A stretch of 24,000 nt of DNA from positions 54,644 to 78,643 of the forward strand of contig CAMTZM010000004.1 of the NCBI GenBank assembly GCA_947086655.1, in the 5' to 3' direction. Under the pieces are notes generated by a model, which saw only the letters and a program-made list of their open reading frames with translations, did not search any database and was not told the origin of the DNA. The position numbers and the translations under genes are program-made. Shown one piece after another: positions 18,122-24,000 of this stretch. Position 1 is the first letter of the stretch, and each line of letters opens with the position of its first letter. Source of the DNA: an uncultured Eubacteriaceae bacterium. Its GTDB lineage: Bacteria; Bacillota; Clostridia; Lachnospirales; CAG-274.

Positions 18122-18586
18122 ATGTCAATAGGGTTTATAAATAATTTTTTATATTTTCTTACAGCGTCAAGTGTAAGTATAGGTGAAAACGTAATAACAG
18201 GAGGAGCTGACTCGGAGTCTGCCGGCGCTGCTGTTCAAGGTGTAAGTGAAGCAGTTACTTCTGCTTCCGGCGGTGGGTTTGGAGGTTTTGGAATAGGCGG
18301 TATGGTATTATATATAGTAGGACTTATCGCTTTATTTTATTTCTTTGCAATACGTCCTCAGAAAAAGCGTGAAAAAGAACTTAAAACAATGCAAAGTTCA
18401 ATTATAGTCGGAGATTGGGTAATGACTACAAGCGGTTTTTACGGTAAAGTTGTTGATGTTTCAGATTCTGTATTTGTAATTGAGTTTGGAACAAATAAAA
18501 GTATTTCAATACCTGTAAACAAAAATGAGATTTTAGGAAAAAAAGAACCTGATTTTACTAAAAGCAGTACTTCAAATAATAAATAA
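18122..18586 (+). CDS. yajC: Preprotein translocase subunit YajC, with an N-terminal extension of about 60 aa
   Basis: The YajC core is LIALFYFFAIRPQKKREKELKTMQSSIIVGDWVMTTSGFYGKVV. The ATG at 18122 has AAGGAG 8 nt upstream. The internal Met just before the TM helix has only a weak RBS, so the long form is favoured. Confidence 0.85.
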   Translation: MSIGFINNFLYFLTASSVSIGENVITGGADSESAGAAVQGVSEAVTSASGGGFGGFGIGGMVLYIVGLIALFYFFAIRPQKKREKELKTMQSSIIVGDWVMTTSGFYGKVVDVSDSVFVIEFGTNKSISIPVNKNEILGKKEPDFTKSSTSNNK

Positions 18587-18591
18587 TTAAA

Positions 18592-18618
18592 ATTATACCG
18601 GATAATTTCCGGTATAAT
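18592..18618 (+). other. Perfect 11-bp inverted repeat (ATTATACCGGA taatt TCCGGTATAAT) between yajC and tRNA-Ser
   Basis: Read directly. It starts 6 nt after the yajC stop and ends 2 nt before tRNA-Ser position 1. No U-tract follows it. Confidence 0.5.
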
Positions 18619-18620
18619 AT

Positions 18621-18708
18621 GGAGACGTATCGAAGCGGTCATAACGAGCTTGACTCGAAATCAAGTTGTCGGTTTTCCGGCACGTGGGTTCGAATCCCAC
18701 CGTCTCCG
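18621..18708 (+). tRNA. tRNA-Ser (anticodon CGA), class II with long variable arm
   Basis: The 88-nt sequence has acceptor GGAGACG/CGTCTCC, anticodon stem CTTGA/TCAAG with loop C-T-CGA-A-A, an 18-nt variable arm (GTCGG-TTTT-CCGGC) and T arm GTGGG-TTCGAAT-CCCAC. Discriminator is G; CCA is not encoded. Confidence 0.93.
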
Positions 18709-18716
18709 TTGTTTAT

Positions 18717-18747
18717 AAAAAATGTGCCTTTTTAAGCACATTTTTTT
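18717..18747. terminator. Bidirectional rho-independent terminator (tRNA-Ser on plus, cfa on minus)
   Basis: AAAAAATGTGC-ctttttaa-GCACATTTTTTT: a GC-containing stem flanked by an A-run and a T-run, so it reads as a terminator on both strands. It sits between convergent genes. Confidence 0.8.
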
Positions 18748-18752
18748 AATTT

Positions 18753-19907
18753 TTATACAATTCTGTTCATAGGCAAACTATTATTAACACCTTTAGACAT
18801 AAGCAATTGATGAATATCTGTAACTCCCCTGTTAAAAATCGCAGCACATGATGACAAATATAAATCCCACATTCTATAAAACTTCTCGCCTTTCATATCA
18901 ATTACTTTATCTTTTTGTTTATTAAAATTATCCCTCCACTTTAATAAAGTTTTATTATAATGTCTTCTGAGACTTTCTACATCAATTGTATAAAAACCGT
19001 ATTCAGAAATAATATCTATAATTTCTCTAAGACTCGGAATTACTCCGCCCGGAAAAATATACTTTTTTATCCATGGGTCACCCGGATATTCTTTAAGTGC
19101 ACTTATATAATGAAGTAAAAACAAACCTCCGGGTTTAATTACAGAATTTGCACATTCTATAAATTCTTCGTAATTGCCTCTTCCTACATGCTCAATCATT
19201 CCGACACTTACAACTCTGTCAAAAGATAGATTTAATTTCTTTAAATCCCTGTAATCCATAATCTCAACATCAATAACATTTTCAAGCCCCTCATTTTTTA
19301 TATCTGCCTTAAACTTGTTATACTGCTCCATACTTAAAGTAATTCCATATCCCTTAATTCCTCTTTTAGCCGCCTGTTTCAAAAGAAACCCCCAGCCGCA
19401 GCCAATATCAAGTAAAGACATACCTTTTTCAATACATAATTTATCAAGTATATGATTTACTTTATTAATTTGTGCTTGATAGAGTGTATCGTTTTCACTT
19501 TGAAAATATCCGCACGAATAAGACATTGAATCATCAAGCCAAAGTTTATAAAAATCATTTCCAATATCATAATGACTTGAAACTTCCTCTTTCTGATTTT
19601 TTCTTGATAAAGAAGTAAAAATAAGCTTTTTAAGACTTTTTCTGTCAGATATAAACTTGTCTATATTTCCTATAAATAAATCCAAAACTTCATAAAGACT
19701 TCTGTTAAGTTCAAGTTTTTTATCCATATATGCTTCACCTAAAGCTAAAGAAGTACTAAGCAAAAGTTCTTTTTTGCTTATTTCCCCGTTTAAAGCAACT
19801 GTAAACTCAGATTTGCCATTTCCTATCTTTGTTTCTTTGTTATTTGACTTTAATGTAAACGGAACATCAATTATATTATTTAAGTATTTAACTAAAAAAT
19901 CATTCAT
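18753..19907 (-). CDS. cfa: Cyclopropane-fatty-acyl-phospholipid synthase
   Basis: 384-aa ORF with HYDIGNDFYKLWLDDSMSYSCGYF and the SAM motif LLDIGCGWG, a characteristic CFA synthase signature. GAGGAGG RBS upstream. Confidence 0.95.
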   Translation of the reverse strand: MNDFLVKYLNNIIDVPFTLKSNNKETKIGNGKSEFTVALNGEISKKELLLSTSLALGEAYMDKKLELNRSLYEVLDLFIGNIDKFISDRKSLKKLIFTSLSRKNQKEEVSSHYDIGNDFYKLWLDDSMSYSCGYFQSENDTLYQAQINKVNHILDKLCIEKGMSLLDIGCGWGFLLKQAAKRGIKGYGITLSMEQYNKFKADIKNEGLENVIDVEIMDYRDLKKLNLSFDRVVSVGMIEHVGRGNYEEFIECANSVIKPGGLFLLHYISALKEYPGDPWIKKYIFPGGVIPSLREIIDIISEYGFYTIDVESLRRHYNKTLLKWRDNFNKQKDKVIDMKGEKFYRMWDLYLSSCAAIFNRGVTDIHQLLMSKGVNNSLPMNRIV

Positions 19908-19942
19908 AATTTTAATTCCTCCTCTTTTGTCTATAAAGTAAA

Positions 19943-19978
19943 GCTGATATTCCTTATTCAGTAATAAAAAATATCAGC
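19943..19978 (-). terminator. Possible weak terminator hairpin after the methyltransferase gene
   Basis: 9-bp stem GCTGATATT / AATATCAGC with an 18-nt loop, followed on the minus strand by TTTACTTTAT (a poor U-tract). Confidence 0.35.
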
Positions 19979-20028
19979 CAAAACCATAAAATTATAGTTG
20001 TGTATTGCTTATTAGCGTATTTATAAGC

Positions 20029-21213
20029 TTAACATAAAAAAGAATCTTTTAACAATTTGTAAATAGTTGGATTTATATTAAATTGTTTAAGCAAATTTTC
20101 ATATGTTTCAAGTTTACATCTTAAATCTCCTGTTACCTCCTTTTTTATTGCTCTTATCATAATATTTTTAGGGGTATGCTCCATATCTATAAATTCCATA
20201 ACTGATACACTGTAACCACAAAGTTCCAATGTTTCAGCTCTTACAGAGTCAGTAAGAAGAGATGAAAAACGTTCTTTTAAAACTCCGTGAGAAAACATAT
20301 TTTTAAGTAAATCATTTTCAACTTGCTTAAAAACTTCGTGCTGGCAACAAGGTACGCTTAAAATAACCTTGCTTTTCCATTTAACAGCATTATAAAGCGC
20401 ATAATCAGTAGCAGTATCACATGCGTGGAGAGCGACAACCATATCTGCCTTTTCAATAAGTTTTTCAATATCGGAGATATCGCCAAAAGAAAACTCAAGA
20501 TTTTTAAAATTAAAATCAAAAGCAAGTCTGCCGCAATATTCAACAACATCTTTTTTTAAATCAAACCCCTTTATATATACGTTTTTATTTTTTACCAAAT
20601 TCAAATAATAATACATAGCAAATGTAAGATAACTTTTTCCACAGCCCATATCAATTATAAGCGAATTTTCAGGAAGGTATTTTGAAACGTCATCAATCAT
20701 CTCAAGAAAACGATTTATCTGTCTAAACTTTTTTTGCTTACTATTTAAAACAAAACCGTCTTTGCTCATTATTCCAAGTTTTATAAGCCAGTCAATTTTT
20801 TCTCCGTCTTTAAGTATATAATTTTTTTCTTTATTATGACTTTTTATATTATATTTACCGCAGTTCATATTATCTTTTAATCCTGTAATTTTAAACATTC
20901 TTTTTTTATTCATAAGCAATGTAATTTCTTTGTCAGAAAAAATATTACATTGTTTAAAATTATCGCTCATTATTAAAAAAATCTTTTCAATTATATCCAA
21001 TTCATCTTCAAAAATATTTTCATGCTTTACACTTGTTTTTTTATAATAAGAAAACTGAAAACAAGTTCTTTTTTTTACTTCAATTTTACATATATCAATT
21101 TTATAAGCTAAATCATCACTTTTTTTAATAGGGCTGCTTATAATTACACGTTCAATATCATTTGTATTTAAAAGTTCCCTAAGTCTTTTTTTAGCATTAG
21201 TTAAATCATTCAT
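20029..21213 (-). CDS. Class I SAM-dependent methyltransferase (Methyltransf_32-like) with an uncharacterised N-terminal domain of about 170 aa
   Basis: SAM motif I IIDMGCGKSYLT, later ALHACDTATD and EHTPKNIMIRA, which I recall as typical of that family. Its start is 3 nt after the ylmC stop, with GGAGGA inside the ylmC 3' end. Confidence 0.85.
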   Translation of the reverse strand: MNDLTNAKKRLRELLNTNDIERVIISSPIKKSDDLAYKIDICKIEVKKRTCFQFSYYKKTSVKHENIFEDELDIIEKIFLIMSDNFKQCNIFSDKEITLLMNKKRMFKITGLKDNMNCGKYNIKSHNKEKNYILKDGEKIDWLIKLGIMSKDGFVLNSKQKKFRQINRFLEMIDDVSKYLPENSLIIDMGCGKSYLTFAMYYYLNLVKNKNVYIKGFDLKKDVVEYCGRLAFDFNFKNLEFSFGDISDIEKLIEKADMVVALHACDTATDYALYNAVKWKSKVILSVPCCQHEVFKQVENDLLKNMFSHGVLKERFSSLLTDSVRAETLELCGYSVSVMEFIDMEHTPKNIMIRAIKKEVTGDLRCKLETYENLLKQFNINPTIYKLLKDSFLC

Positions 21214-21216
21214 TAA

Positions 21217-21474
21217 TTAAACATCCTCCAAAATATCGTCATTATCAGCCTCAATAATAATAAGGTCATCTCCAATACTTTTAATATTGCTCCATTTTAT
21301 ATGGTATTCTCTTTCCCTTCCAAACACTCCAAAAACTTTTCCTGTCACCGGAATAATAATCTTCTTTATTTTGCCGTTTTCTGTATCAATTTCAAAATCA
21401 CTTACATAACCGAGACGATTTCCGTCTTTTACATTAATTACTTCCTTTTGTTTCATTTCATACATTCTTGCCAT
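21217..21474 (-). CDS. ylmC: YlmC/YmxH-family PRC-barrel protein (sporulation-associated family)
   Basis: KEVINVKDGNRLGYVSDFEIDTENGKIKKIIIP ... IKWSNIKSIGDDLIII matches the YlmC/YmxH pattern. The start is ambiguous: GTG at 21483 in the track, ATG at 21474 (MARMYEM) chosen here. Confidence 0.8.
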   Translation of the reverse strand: MARMYEMKQKEVINVKDGNRLGYVSDFEIDTENGKIKKIIIPVTGKVFGVFGREREYHIKWSNIKSIGDDLIIIEADNDDILEDV

Positions 21475-21517
21475 AATTACCACATCCTTAAATATATATA
21501 TTATATAAATATATAAT

Positions 21518-21562
21518 ACTAAACACCATTTAATTTTATATATTTTTTAAATGGTGTTTAGT
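21518..21562. repeat. Perfect 16-bp inverted repeat (ACTAAACACCATTTAA - 13 nt - TTAAATGGTGTTTAGT), copy B of the motif at 14474-14506
   Basis: Read directly: the arms at 21518-21533 and 21547-21562 are exact reverse complements. It shares ATACTAAACACCATT with 14488-14502. It lies 28 nt downstream of the esterase stop and upstream of ylmC, and probably acts as a 3'-end hairpin. Confidence 0.6.
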
Positions 21563-21589
21563 AAGTGATACCATATATAATAATTATAT

Positions 21590-22399
21590 TTAATATCCCT
21601 GTCTTTTAAGCCAGTCCTTACACATTTCACTCCAATTTTTCACTCCGTCTATATCAATACATTTAGTTATTCCCAAACCATGCCTTCCATAAGGGAATAT
21701 ATGTAACTCAAAAGGGACTTTACATGAACTTAAAGCCGCTGCCAAAGACAAGCTATTTTCTACCGGAACACTTTTGTCTTCGGCTGTATGCCATATAAAT
21801 ACAGGAGGAATATCTGAACTTATATTTTTTTCGCATGAGAGTTTTTCAATTAAATAATCATCTTCTCCTATAAGCCTTTCAATTGAGCCTTTATGTGAAA
21901 AATCCTCCGAAAATGAAACAACAGGATAACATAATATTAAAGAATGTGGTTTTGCGCACTCATTATCAATCTCATCTGTAATTTTTATACAACTTAAATC
22001 TTTATAATATATAGCTTCAAGACACGCCAAATGTGCTCCTGCCGAAAAACCCATTACAGAAACTTTTTCAGTGTCAATATTGTACTTACAAGCGTTATAT
22101 TTTACATATTTTACAGCTCTCACCGCATCGTTAAGCGCTGCCGGATACATATAAGGGGAAACTCTGTAATCAACTACAAATGCGTTTATTCCTATTTCAT
22201 TAAGCCATTTTGCTATTGGTTCTCCCTCATGAAGTGCTCTATGAGTATATCCTCCTCCCGGAAATATAATAACACAGCCTCTTTTTTTACCATCGTTAAT
22301 TATATAATCTGTTATATAAGGAGCGTTCATATTTTCCTCATTTTGAAATTTTTGTTCAAAATAAGGTATATCTCCGTTCCAAAGCCTTTTTTTACTCAT
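21590..22399 (-). CDS. Alpha/beta-hydrolase-fold esterase (acetyl-esterase/lipase-like)
   Basis: Oxyanion-type FPGGGY, nucleophile elbow GFSAGAH and C-terminal GRHG. Its ATG overlaps the map stop (TAATG), indicating translational coupling. Confidence 0.8.
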   Translation of the reverse strand: MSKKRLWNGDIPYFEQKFQNEENMNAPYITDYIINDGKKRGCVIIFPGGGYTHRALHEGEPIAKWLNEIGINAFVVDYRVSPYMYPAALNDAVRAVKYVKYNACKYNIDTEKVSVMGFSAGAHLACLEAIYYKDLSCIKITDEIDNECAKPHSLILCYPVVSFSEDFSHKGSIERLIGEDDYLIEKLSCEKNISSDIPPVFIWHTAEDKSVPVENSLSLAAALSSCKVPFELHIFPYGRHGLGITKCIDIDGVKNWSEMCKDWLKRQGY

Positions 22400-23277
22400 T
22401 ATTTATTTCCCCCTGTTAAAATCTCATACCCTGTTTGTGTTACAAGTATTGTATGCTCCCACTGAGCCGACAAACTGTTATCCTTTGTAACAACTGTCCA
22501 GTCATCGTCAAGAACCTCACAGTCAAAATCTCCTAAATTTATCATAGGTTCAATTGTAAATACCATACCCGGTACCATAATCATAGTTTTTTCTTCTGTT
22601 CTAAAATGTTCAACCATAGGTTCATTATGAAAGTTTAAACCTACACCATGTCCGCATAACGCTCTTACCACAGAACAGCCATTTTCATCAGCATAATCAT
22701 TTATAGCATTTCCTATATTTCCTATTGGAGTATATGGTTTGACTTTCTCAATTCCTATCTCCAAACATCTTTTTGTTACCTCAACAAGCCTTCTTGCATC
22801 GTCTGATACATTGCCTATCATATACATACGGCTCATATCTGAATAATATCCATTTAATATTGTAGTAATATCAACATTTATTATATCTCCATCTTTTAGT
22901 TTCCTCTCACTCGGTATACCATGACATACACACTCATTTATAGAAGTGCATACACTTTTTGGAAAACCGTTATAGCCCAGTGTAGCAGCATAAGCGCCGG
23001 CTTGCTTTGTCATTTCACTTACCCATTTGTCAATTTGATTAGTTGTAATTCCTTCCTCTATTCTTTTGTCAAGTTCATCCATTATATGTATTGAAACATC
23101 AGCGCTTTCTCTTATTCCCTGAATTTGCTCAGGCAAAAGTATAAGTTCTTTTGAAGGCATTATATAACCCTGCATTTCAAACTCTCTTAATTTTTCTTCG
23201 TCGCTTCTTTCGTGGCATTTTTTATATTTTTTTCCGCTCCCGCACCAACACTTATCATTTCTTGATATTTTAAACAT
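22399..23277 (-). CDS. map: Type I methionine aminopeptidase with N-terminal SEC-C zinc-binding motif
   Basis: The N-terminus has CWCGSGKKYKKCH (SEC-C motif). The catalytic core carries the metal ligands in DIINVDIT, MYMIG, GHGVG, FTIEP and WEHT. Confidence 0.93.
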   Translation of the reverse strand: MFKISRNDKCWCGSGKKYKKCHERSDEEKLREFEMQGYIMPSKELILLPEQIQGIRESADVSIHIMDELDKRIEEGITTNQIDKWVSEMTKQAGAYAATLGYNGFPKSVCTSINECVCHGIPSERKLKDGDIINVDITTILNGYYSDMSRMYMIGNVSDDARRLVEVTKRCLEIGIEKVKPYTPIGNIGNAINDYADENGCSVVRALCGHGVGLNFHNEPMVEHFRTEEKTMIMVPGMVFTIEPMINLGDFDCEVLDDDWTVVTKDNSLSAQWEHTILVTQTGYEILTGGNK

Positions 23278-23978
23278 AATTTTATAGCCTCTTTTCTGTA
23301 ATATTTAACTGTTTCCTCAAATACACCACTTTTAAGCATATCAGCCCCTGTTTCAGTAAGTATATAAATTCCGTTTCCCTTAGGAGCAAACCAGCCATAA
23401 AAGTTATTATAAAGTATACTTCCTGTTTTATCGCCAAAACCAGCCTTTTTAAGATAACTTATTTTAACTTCTCTAATCCTTTCAAGCACACATGCAATAA
23501 AAATGGCGTTTTCTCTATACGCCGTTATTATCTTTTTTCGTGTGCTTCCGCCTGTATTAAAATCTTCTTTTCTTAAATTAATCTCCGAAATTACACACTT
23601 ATTTTTTATAGACAAATTATTCTTTTTAATTTTAGGCTCAAAAATAACATCAACATTTTTCACGCCTGTAAACGATACTGTAATCAGACCTATATTAAGT
23701 ATTTTCAAAAGTTTCAGCATATCCTTTGTATTTTTTGACTTAAAGCTTTTTGGTCTTGGTATAGCTACATATACTAAGTCAGCAATTTTTTGTCTGTCTA
23801 TCGCTTGATAAACAAGTTTTAAATTAAAACTTGTTTTAAGTTCAACAGCTAATAATATTCCGTTACATTCAGCAGCAACATCTATATTTTTAACTTCTGC
23901 TCTTACTTTAAAACCTTTTTTTTCAAGATAATTTTTTACAGGCTTATAAAGCTGTTCCTCTAATATTTTATCAGGCAT
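23187..23978 (-). CDS. PD-(D/E)xK nuclease-fold protein of unknown function (resembles the DUF2161 'putative phosphodiesterase' family)
   Basis: N-terminal D...ExK pattern (NIDVAAECNGILLAVELK, then QAIDRQ). The C-terminal half is possibly winged-helix-like. GGAGG lies 9 nt upstream of the ATG. The last 30 codons overlap map out of frame. The family assignment is from memory of the sequence pattern, not a search. Confidence 0.6.
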   Translation of the reverse strand: MPDKILEEQLYKPVKNYLEKKGFKVRAEVKNIDVAAECNGILLAVELKTSFNLKLVYQAIDRQKIADLVYVAIPRPKSFKSKNTKDMLKLLKILNIGLITVSFTGVKNVDVIFEPKIKKNNLSIKNKCVISEINLRKEDFNTGGSTRKKIITAYRENAIFIACVLERIREVKISYLKKAGFGDKTGSILYNNFYGWFAPKGNGIYILTETGADMLKSGVFEETVKYYRKEAIKLCLKYQEMISVGAGAEKNIKNATKEATKKN

Positions 23979-24000
23979 TTTTAAAAGCCTCCGACATAAA

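Noticed and set aside
18613-18618. TATAAT hexamer as a dedicated promoter for tRNA-Ser
   Set aside because: It ends 2 nt before the mature 5' end, so transcription would start inside the tRNA. It also lacks a -35 element and forms one arm of the hairpin.
15823-18760. Possible genomic island integrated at tRNA-Pro or tRNA-Ser
   Set aside because: There is no integrase or recombinase gene, I could not find a direct-repeat copy of either tRNA 3' end nearby, and there is no obvious compositional break. The flanking genes look chromosomal.
250-23808. Antisense 'shadow' ORFs in the track: 250-495, 1563-1985, 2055-2252, 2837-3151, 5668-5859, 5750-6043, 5805-5990, 6217-6495, 10565-10759, 10719-11042, 12379-12753, 13804-13998, 15577-15882, 18439-18642, 20358-20549, 21301-21516, 22031-22465, 23503-23808
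   Set aside because: Each lies inside, or largely opposite, a well-supported gene. Their compositions are S/F/L/I-rich and low in complexity, as expected for the reverse frame of AT-rich coding DNA. None has a convincing RBS, and I recognise no motifs in them.
1-24000. CRISPR arrays, IS elements, phage or toxin-antitoxin modules, biosynthetic clusters
   Set aside because: Scanning both strands, I saw no regularly spaced direct repeats, no transposase, integrase or capsid-like ORFs, and no small paired ORFs typical of TA systems. The window reads as conserved core genome.

Overview
AT-rich chromosomal core region, Bacillota/Clostridia-like judging from protein sequences and gene content. I count 22 protein-coding genes and 2 tRNA genes. 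All are on the minus strand except yajC and tRNA-Ser. In minus-strand transcription order (right to left): a PD-(D/E)xK-like protein, SEC-C-tagged methionine aminopeptidase and esterase; ylmC/ymxH and a SAM methyltransferase; cfa; (plus strand: yajC, tRNA-Ser-CGA); a polytopic GT-C-like membrane protein; tRNA-Pro-GGG; a zinc-ribbon protein and membrane-anchored alpha/beta hydrolase; tsaE-tsaB-rimI; a LonC-type Lon-like protease; the str operon rpsL-rpsG-fusA-tuf; and cdaA-cdaR-glmM-glmS (glmS truncated at the left edge). Several ORF-track starts look too long; RBS spacing supports shorter starts for rpsG, cdaA, the Lon-like gene, the hydrolase, the zinc-ribbon gene and ylmC. I see no CRISPR array, transposase, integrase, phage gene or recognisable defence or biosynthetic cluster, and no convincing novel multi-gene system. 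The points worth a second look are small. (1) A palindromic motif (arms TAAACACCATT / AATGGTGTTTA) occurs in two intergenic gaps, each downstream of a hydrolase gene. (2) glmS is translationally coupled to glmM, leaving no room for the glmS ribozyme. (3) The rpsL-rpsG spacer is 152 nt, relatively GC-rich and hairpin-rich. (4) The Lon-like protease has a roughly 300-aa insertion and an apparently degenerate Walker B. (5) A 473-nt spacer upstream of cdaA carries helically phased TTGACAAAG boxes. (6) A consensus promoter is followed by a terminator-like hairpin in the leader of the membrane-protein gene. (7) A hairpin ends 2 nt before tRNA-Ser. (8) The PD-(D/E)xK-like gene and the SEC-C MetAP gene overlap by 91 nt. 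All functional calls rest on by-eye motif recognition; no searches were run.
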